From: Candidatus Gottesmanbacteria bacterium
GTDB taxonomy: Bacteria; Patescibacteriota; Microgenomatia; 2-02-FULL-39-11
DNA: 64,000 nt
Direction of reading: 5' to 3'
Assembly: GCA_016186795.1 (NCBI GenBank)
Contig: JACPKY010000002.1
Coordinates: 529,044 to 593,043 of the forward strand
Below the pieces are notes generated by a model that saw only the letters and a program-made list of their open reading frames with translations, was not told where the DNA came from and ran no database searches. Made by a program: the position numbers and the translations under genes. Positions 58,133 through 64,000 of this stretch are shown here, in pieces. How positions within the stretch are numbered: the stretch's first letter is position 1; every line of letters begins with the position of its first letter.

Positions 58133-59029
58133 TTAGCACTGTAGCGCTGTTTTTAGATTTTCGAGATTTTCTCTCTGGGCAGAAAAGTAGTCTTTTCCGG
58201 CTTTTTGGTCTTCGTCAGATAATCCTTCGAGAGGATCAAATACCAGTGTCTCAGCCCCAATTTCGCTTGCTATAGTTTCGGCAAGTCTCGGACTTACCAA
58301 CGTCTCAAAGAAGATGTACTTGACGTTATTGTCCCGTGCAAATTTCGCGACTTCTCCCAGTTCTTGTGGAGAAGGCTCTTGTTCGGGTGAAAGACCGGAT
58401 ATTGCAATTTGTTCAAGTCCGTAGCGGGAGGAAACGTACCCAAAGGCGGCATGAGAAGTGACGATGTTTTTCTGTTTACAGTTAGTAAGTCCATTTCTAA
58501 ATTCCTGATCCAGACTTGCAAGCTTACCATCAAGGGTTTTTATATTTTCTTCATAGAAAGACTTATTTTGTGGATCAACCCTGATAAAGGCTTCACCAAT
58601 TTTTTTCACTTCTAGCTTGGCAAGTACAGGATCTAACCATACATGGGGGTCAGTAATTTTTCCACCATCTTCTCCTGCGGTCACGACTGTTATACCTTTC
58701 CTTTCCAGTTCACCAATAAGTTTTTCGGCCCATGGCTCAAGACCAGCACCATTTATGATCAACATTTTGCTTAATTCAATTTTCACTATATCACCAGTAC
58801 CGGGTTCAAATTCGTGAGGCTCTGCACCGGGAGGGGTAATGTTTGTAACATGTACTTTCTCTTTGCCTATTTCACTAGCAAAAAACCAGAGTGGGTAAAA
58901 TGAAGCGACGACTTGCATTTTTTCCTCTAGTGGTTTTCCTGATTCACCCTTTTTGAAAATCCCAGCACCAAACAGGTAACTTATTACAACTACTGTCAAA
59001 ATACCGAGAAGAAAAAGTTTGATTTTCAT
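58133..59029 (-). CDS. znuA: Metal ABC transporter substrate-binding protein (AdcA/ZnuA-like)
   Basis: EPHEFEP, DPHVW, SHAAF, DPLEG. Confidence 0.88.
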   Translation of the reverse strand: MKIKLFLLGILTVVVISYLFGAGIFKKGESGKPLEEKMQVVASFYPLWFFASEIGKEKVHVTNITPPGAEPHEFEPGTGDIVKIELSKMLIINGAGLEPWAEKLIGELERKGITVVTAGEDGGKITDPHVWLDPVLAKLEVKKIGEAFIRVDPQNKSFYEENIKTLDGKLASLDQEFRNGLTNCKQKNIVTSHAAFGYVSSRYGLEQIAISGLSPEQEPSPQELGEVAKFARDNNVKYIFFETLVSPRLAETIASEIGAETLVFDPLEGLSDEDQKAGKDYFSAQRENLENLKTALQC

Positions 59030-59442
59030 AGCCGTTGACAATTGCCACAAATACCAAAAAATTCAAGTGCATGCTTTTCAACTCGAAATCGGGATTGTTT
59101 CTTTATCTGATTTAAAAGCAATCCCTCCTCTACTTGTACGTCTTCGATATTTTTGCATTTCATACAAACAAGGTGGTGATGGTGACTAGCCCCAATAAGC
59201 TCGTATCTACTCGTTTTATCTTCAAGCTGGATTTTTCGTATGAAGCCTAGTTTTTCAAAAAGTTCCAACGTTCTATATGTGGTAACAATGTCTACTTGTG
59301 AACCATTCTTTTTCAAGAACGCAAACACTTCTTTGGTAGAGAGAGGCTTTGTTGTAGAAAGCACCTTAAGAATTTCGGTTCTCGGAGTCGTTAGCCTATA
59401 TCCAAAATTTTGTAATTGGTTCGTATATTCTTTTACATTCAT
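59026..59442 (-). CDS. Fur-family regulator (likely Zur)
   Basis: T.YR.L, HHHHLVC..C, C..C; first gene of the metal uptake operon. Confidence 0.92.
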   Translation of the reverse strand: MNVKEYTNQLQNFGYRLTTPRTEILKVLSTTKPLSTKEVFAFLKKNGSQVDIVTTYRTLELFEKLGFIRKIQLEDKTSRYELIGASHHHHLVCMKCKNIEDVQVEEGLLLNQIKKQSRFRVEKHALEFFGICGNCQRL

Positions 59443-59444
59443 AA

Positions 59445-59491
59445 CTGCAAGTAAGTTGCGTTATTATTGCAATTAAGTTGCAAATTGTCAA
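59445..59491 (-). promoter_or_regulatory. Tandem Fur-family boxes overlapping the promoter
   Basis: TTGCAATTAAGTTGCAA (59467-83) and CTGCAAGTAAGTTGCGT (59445-61); TTGACA-N17-AATAAT. Confidence 0.7.
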
Positions 59492-59541
59492 GCGTATGAG
59501 GATTGAACCAGTTTTTAGAAGAAGAAATTACTAAACACTAC

Positions 59542-61992
59542 TCAATACCAAACACTATAGTTCCCGCTAGAGGTCTCAAACATGGCGTAACTTACCCCTT
59601 TTATAGTTTCTATAGAGTAATTTACAGCTATTCCGTTTTTTTTGACGCTTGATATATTCTCTCCTCCGAATGTTGAAGGTACCATTGCCATGAGTCCTGT
59701 CGAACCATCTCCCACTACCACATCAAAGGAAAGTTCATTTCCGGTCCAACTTGATATCGTAAGTGATGAGGTATTTCTTCCATCAAGCCATTTTAGAACT
59801 TGTCTTGCCGAAACGACAGATACTCCTCTTGCTTTCGCAGACGCAATAATTGCATCTGATCCTACGGAAGTTACTTTATCTGTATGCATATTGGCTGTAA
59901 AGATTCCATAATACCCTGTTGCGCCTAACGCTCTATCAAGGAGTGTATCAATCGTATATGGATACGTCTGACCTGATTCATCCGTCATCTGTGTCACCGC
60001 TTGGTAGACATCGATAACCGTCCCATCTACATCTGCAAATCTTTGGGGAAAACCTGACCCCGTAAACATGCCAGGTCGATTCGCTATCCAGCTCCCTGGC
60101 CAATAATAATATGTCGTATCGAGACGAATTCCGTACTTTTGCTCGGTTTTTGGCTGCGTTGCCCAATCCGACCAGGTGACACAATGGTTCCGCTCTGAGT
60201 TTGGTAACAGTATACTGGGGAACTTTGATTTAAACTGATTTAATTGGGTATTAAATGTGCTATCTAAAAATGCCGGTGTCCAATTGGCACAATTAGTATC
60301 AACATGAAGACCTACCTCAAAGCCGTCGTTTGTATATGATGCTGCCTGACTATCAGTCATAACAGTTGTTCCCCAAGGATAGAGATATGAACTACTTCTT
60401 ATGCACTCCCAACGATCTACTAAACAGCCAACAGGGCTTACCGATTTATAATAGTCAAACCTTCCTGCTGTTCCACCTCTCCCATGGTCATCCCCTGTCA
60501 TAAGAACTGCGGCTTTTTTACCAAATGGTAAGTACCAAAATTTTGGCAGTGGTTTTCGGTCTTCCATCATTTTATAAATAAGATTTACCAAAAAACGCTG
60601 TTGTTCATCTGCTTGTGGAATGGCAACTTTATTTAGATTAACCCAATCGGGAGAAGGAGAAATTACTGCATTCCCATAGAACAGATCATCGGACCGAATA
60701 ATACCTAATGAATCGCCATCCCTTTCCTGCCCTGCCCAGGAAGGATTTCCTTGCCGCGTATACACCACAGATCGAGCAAGGTCATAGGAAAATGCAACTC
60801 CCTGACCACCACTCGTACCCACAGTTTTGAATGTAACCGCAGGGTTTGGAAGAGCTGACGTGTCCGAACTATAAAGTGTAGCGAACTTTGTTGTCCCAGC
60901 GTTTAACGTATACAAATCAGAACTACCGTGAAACTGAATTGTTTCACCAACAAGTCCTATGCCGGGCTTTTGAGATGTATCAAAAAGAAGATATCCGTCA
61001 GAGACTGTTGTTGGACCTTTGACAATTCCCAAAAGTGTGGAAAGTTGCCCATCGGGTTTCATGGCAATGAGCTTGCCGCCCTGTTGAACCCATGTGGTAA
61101 GAAGAGATACTTGACTGGCATTTAAACTCATTTCTCCTAAAATCGCTATATGATAGGTATTTAATAGTGTCGAATTGAGAGTTGTGATGTCACGACTTTC
61201 AAAGATATTCATTCCTTCAGCACGAAGAATTTCTTCATAATAGTTCGTGAAGCGATTAGTTGCGGATGTAATAATAAGGAGTGGTTTATTACTCATCTGT
61301 ACTGTTGGGGTGGGGGTAGAAATTCGGGTGGGTGTTGGGGTACGTGTGGGAGTGGACGTAGGTGGTTTCGGTGTGGGAGTTTTGGTAGGAGTAACTGTTG
61401 GTTTCTTGGTTGGCGTTGGTGTAGGTGAATTATCTTTAAAAATTATATCTACCCAGTAGTTTGCTGATCGATAAGAGTTCACAGGAAATTTCGGCGTTCC
61501 CGTGTACACATAAAGACCGTTCGGACCATCAACTCCGTTTTTGAGGGCATGGATTGGTCCGTTGTCGACCCCTTGATTTAGAAAGTAATCAAACGTGTAC
61601 GGATAATGACCTTGTATCGCATGATAGGAAACTATGTAGGTCGTATTGGCAGAAATGGTAATTGGAGTAGTAAAATTTGCTTTCTGCCATCCTGATGCTG
61701 TTTCATTCGTAAATGTCACTCTGCCTAACAGTATTCCTGTCTTTGTCCATAAACTCCCTACATGTGTCCCACCATTCCCAGCTCCTTTGTAGAATTTTAT
61801 CCCGGTTACTTTCCCCGAAGTATCCACTCTGAATTTAACTCCTAATTCCACTGCCCTAGTGTCATTGGAAGTTGTATTTGTTGGGAGGGTAGAATTAGTC
61901 CAGATAGAACAGGGACACGAATAGGCGAAAGCGGAAGTCGGTAAAATTGAAAAGAGAAAACCTGCTAATAGCAAAGAAAAAAACTTCTTCAC
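59542..61992 (-). CDS. Secreted DUF4082 protein with PT linker and deacetylase-like C-terminal region
   Basis: Signal peptide, CPCSIW, VELGVKF...NYWVD, (PT)n, TGDDH, LH, RNHC. Confidence 0.85.
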   Translation of the reverse strand: MKKFFSLLLAGFLFSILPTSAFAYSCPCSIWTNSTLPTNTTSNDTRAVELGVKFRVDTSGKVTGIKFYKGAGNGGTHVGSLWTKTGILLGRVTFTNETASGWQKANFTTPITISANTTYIVSYHAIQGHYPYTFDYFLNQGVDNGPIHALKNGVDGPNGLYVYTGTPKFPVNSYRSANYWVDIIFKDNSPTPTPTKKPTVTPTKTPTPKPPTSTPTRTPTPTRISTPTPTVQMSNKPLLIITSATNRFTNYYEEILRAEGMNIFESRDITTLNSTLLNTYHIAILGEMSLNASQVSLLTTWVQQGGKLIAMKPDGQLSTLLGIVKGPTTVSDGYLLFDTSQKPGIGLVGETIQFHGSSDLYTLNAGTTKFATLYSSDTSALPNPAVTFKTVGTSGGQGVAFSYDLARSVVYTRQGNPSWAGQERDGDSLGIIRSDDLFYGNAVISPSPDWVNLNKVAIPQADEQQRFLVNLIYKMMEDRKPLPKFWYLPFGKKAAVLMTGDDHGRGGTAGRFDYYKSVSPVGCLVDRWECIRSSSYLYPWGTTVMTDSQAASYTNDGFEVGLHVDTNCANWTPAFLDSTFNTQLNQFKSKFPSILLPNSERNHCVTWSDWATQPKTEQKYGIRLDTTYYYWPGSWIANRPGMFTGSGFPQRFADVDGTVIDVYQAVTQMTDESGQTYPYTIDTLLDRALGATGYYGIFTANMHTDKVTSVGSDAIIASAKARGVSVVSARQVLKWLDGRNTSSLTISSWTGNELSFDVVVGDGSTGLMAMVPSTFGGENISSVKKNGIAVNYSIETIKGVSYAMFETSSGNYSVWY

Positions 61993-62189
61993 GTTTGTTT
62001 CCGAGCAGGCAAGTCTACAATCCTAACCTTATAACCTTTCCAAGTACCTGTCAATAGATTCTTTTGGTAAAATAGTTTAGCTATTCATAAAATGCTATCA
62101 AAGAGGAGAAACTACGTCAGTCAACAACTGATCAACTAGAGCTTCTTGGGATTGCGATTTAGGAAATTTAGCTCTGCTTCGATAATCGA

Positions 62190-62885
62190 TTATTTCTCAT
62201 CCACCACTTTTTCTGCTAATTTATCATCTTCGATAATGATGCGTACATTTCCAACTGGCATTGCAACTTCTTTGCATGTTTGAGTATCTTCTTGCCATTT
62301 CATGATATTTGACAGCGTCCAATTGGCAATCCCCTTTTCGGTTAAACAGCCAGAAACCACAAACGGTGCTTTATGATTACATCCCTCGATAACACCTTTC
62401 TGTTCTGTAAATATCGTAAAACAATTCCCCTCCCCTGAAATAAATGAGCCAATACCCGATCCTGTCTCACCAGCATTCTCTGTATAGTACTCAACGTCCA
62501 CCTTTCCGTCTCTTTTTTGATTAAAGAATCGGTAGTAAGTTTTATCAATTTCCGTTCCAACTGGAAAAACATTGCCACTGTCGAAATGGACAGTCCAGGG
62601 CGCAATATAATACTTCCCAGTTATATCCGGTGGATTGGAACCTGTATAGATAGGAAAGCCTTTTTCTCCTAGAGTCGTGATATCCTTTTTGTCGAGAAAT
62701 TCATTCACTTGAGAGGGAACTCCCCAAATCTTTTGGGAATACCAGCTGTACCCTATATAGAACGTTGCTACTCCAAAGGCGAGTATTCCCATCATGAGCG
62801 CAAGCCTAAGTGGCGACAAGCGGAAAACACCCTGTTTAGCTCTAAAACTAGAAGGAATTCTCCCGCGTTTCTGGGCAGATGGCAT
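62190..62885 (-). CDS. Hypothetical membrane-anchored protein
   Basis: TM, then GFPIYTG.NPP.I.G.Y...FISG.GN.FT domain with four Cys; start uncertain. Confidence 0.65.
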   Translation of the reverse strand: MPSAQKRGRIPSSFRAKQGVFRLSPLRLALMMGILAFGVATFYIGYSWYSQKIWGVPSQVNEFLDKKDITTLGEKGFPIYTGSNPPDITGKYYIAPWTVHFDSGNVFPVGTEIDKTYYRFFNQKRDGKVDVEYYTENAGETGSGIGSFISGEGNCFTIFTEQKGVIEGCNHKAPFVVSGCLTEKGIANWTLSNIMKWQEDTQTCKEVAMPVGNVRIIIEDDKLAEKVVDEK

Positions 62886-62951
62886 AGACTTATCTTCACT
62901 ATACGCGCAAAATTCAACCGTTGTCAACAATTCAGTTAAAATAGCTCGTGT

Positions 62952-64000
62952 ATGATTCCAGTTCAACCCACATGTTTATGGCGATACCTAAGCATTCAAA
63001 AGCGTGTCAACCGCAGAAAAATCGAAAGCCGCTTCTATCTTTCCTGGGAAGATGGGTTATGGGATATCGTCAGGTCATATCCCATCACAGATGGAAGTAC
63101 AATTCTTGTCCCCTCTTTTTTCTGTCTTGATGTCATCAAGAATATAAAATCCCATGGACTTGTACCAAAATATTATTCTCTTGATGATAATCTGCAACCA
63201 GATGTAAAGATGCTCCAGACCCAGATCAAAAAAGAGAACCCAAAAATTCTTGTCCTTTTCCATGCTGTGGGTATTCAAAACAGATGCGTTACAAAAGCGT
63301 TTATTCGCAGATTACCAGGGAATCTTATCATCGTCGAGGATGCGGCTCATAGAATGATTGATCCAAAAGATCTTAAACTGTATCGGGAAAATTATTTTTG
63401 CATAACAAGTCTTCGGAAAGTCGTTCCATTGCAAGGAAGTTTCGTTTACGCAAGAAAGCATACCCTAGGGAAACTTATTGGACCTGAAAAAACTTTCAGA
63501 TACTCATCCGGAGTACTTCTCCTGTGGCTTTTCATGCAGATTGCATTGATACTACAAAAATATATCCCTCTGAAAAGCATAAGCATTGCCTGTGGAAAAA
63601 TTGCTGAATACTTTATGCAGAAGAGTTACGATCTTATTGGGAATAATATTCTTCCCGGATATTGTCCTTCCATTTTTGCCCGTATATACGGAGCTTTTGA
63701 CTATATGCATATCAGAAATGTTAAAGAGAATCAGATCAGAATTTATAACAAGATGATTGCATCAGAAATGAAACAGGACCGCTCCCATTTCTCGATTCCA
63801 ACATTTTCTCTTCTTGACTTCGGAAATCTTCGGGGATATCCAATTGTGCTTCCTTCCTCAACTGCGTCAAAAATTATCGCCTTTCTCAGATCGAATGGAA
63901 TTCTTGTAAAAGTGGAACTTGAAGGAAGTCCCTGGACAAGGAGTAAAACGATTATTTATCTTTCTTTAGGACTCCATGTGGAAACGAGAGATATTACTAC
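62952..64000 (+). CDS. PLP-dependent aminotransferase-like protein (DegT-like); runs off the window end
   Basis: Not in the ORF track. Manual translation MIPVQPT...ILVPSFFC.DV...FHAVG...IEDAAH...TSLRKVVP.QG. Confidence 0.65.
   Translation, partial: MIPVQPTCLWRYLSIQKRVNRRKIESRFYLSWEDGLWDIVRSYPITDGSTILVPSFFCLDVIKNIKSHGLVPKYYSLDDNLQPDVKMLQTQIKKENPKILVLFHAVGIQNRCVTKAFIRRLPGNLIIVEDAAHRMIDPKDLKLYRENYFCITSLRKVVPLQGSFVYARKHTLGKLIGPEKTFRYSSGVLLLWLFMQIALILQKYIPLKSISIACGKIAEYFMQKSYDLIGNNILPGYCPSIFARIYGAFDYMHIRNVKENQIRIYNKMIASEMKQDRSHFSIPTFSLLDFGNLRGYPIVLPSSTASKIIAFLRSNGILVKVELEGSPWTRSKTIIYLSLGLHVETRDIT

Noticed and set aside
61300-61430. Tandem DNA repeat or array in the DUF4082 gene
   Set aside because: Degenerate codons for a Pro/Thr linker, not a nucleotide-level repeat.
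1-64000. CRISPR array, rRNA, transposase, integrase, prophage or reverse transcriptase
   Set aside because: No regularly spaced repeats or diagnostic motifs were seen by eye or in the ORF track.

Overview
Gene-dense, AT-rich bacterial chromosomal window. Gene content and style suggest a Patescibacteria/CPR (Microgenomates-like) genome; this is inference, as no rRNA marker is present. Left to right it holds: a cell-envelope and glycosylation region (divergent MurD-like ligase, NlpC/P60, PAP2, histidine phosphatase, MshA-like GT4, GT2s, several GT-C-like proteins, a signal peptidase I-CAP fusion); a visibly GC-rich two-gene island (~15.75-17.9 kb) wrapped in structured non-coding sequence; NUDIX/deacylase/PLP-enzyme/MFS genes; purQ-purL; secA; lysS fused to an HD domain; greA; tRNA-Glu; lon with a CIRCE operator; an Rrf2-SUF-ferredoxin-OFOR operon; Pif1; tRNA-Gln; a zur-znuACB-type operon; and a DUF4082 surface protein. 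The strongest unannotated signal is a complete ribosome-dependent attenuator between greA and lysS: a 24-aa Lys-codon leader peptide with protector, antiterminator and terminator. A frameshifted orphan gene lies between it and the LysRS-HD gene. The second is the GC-rich lipoprotein island with a four-way-junction RNA-like element, micro-ORFs and flanking inverted repeats. All calls are from reading the sequence; no searches or folding programs were run.
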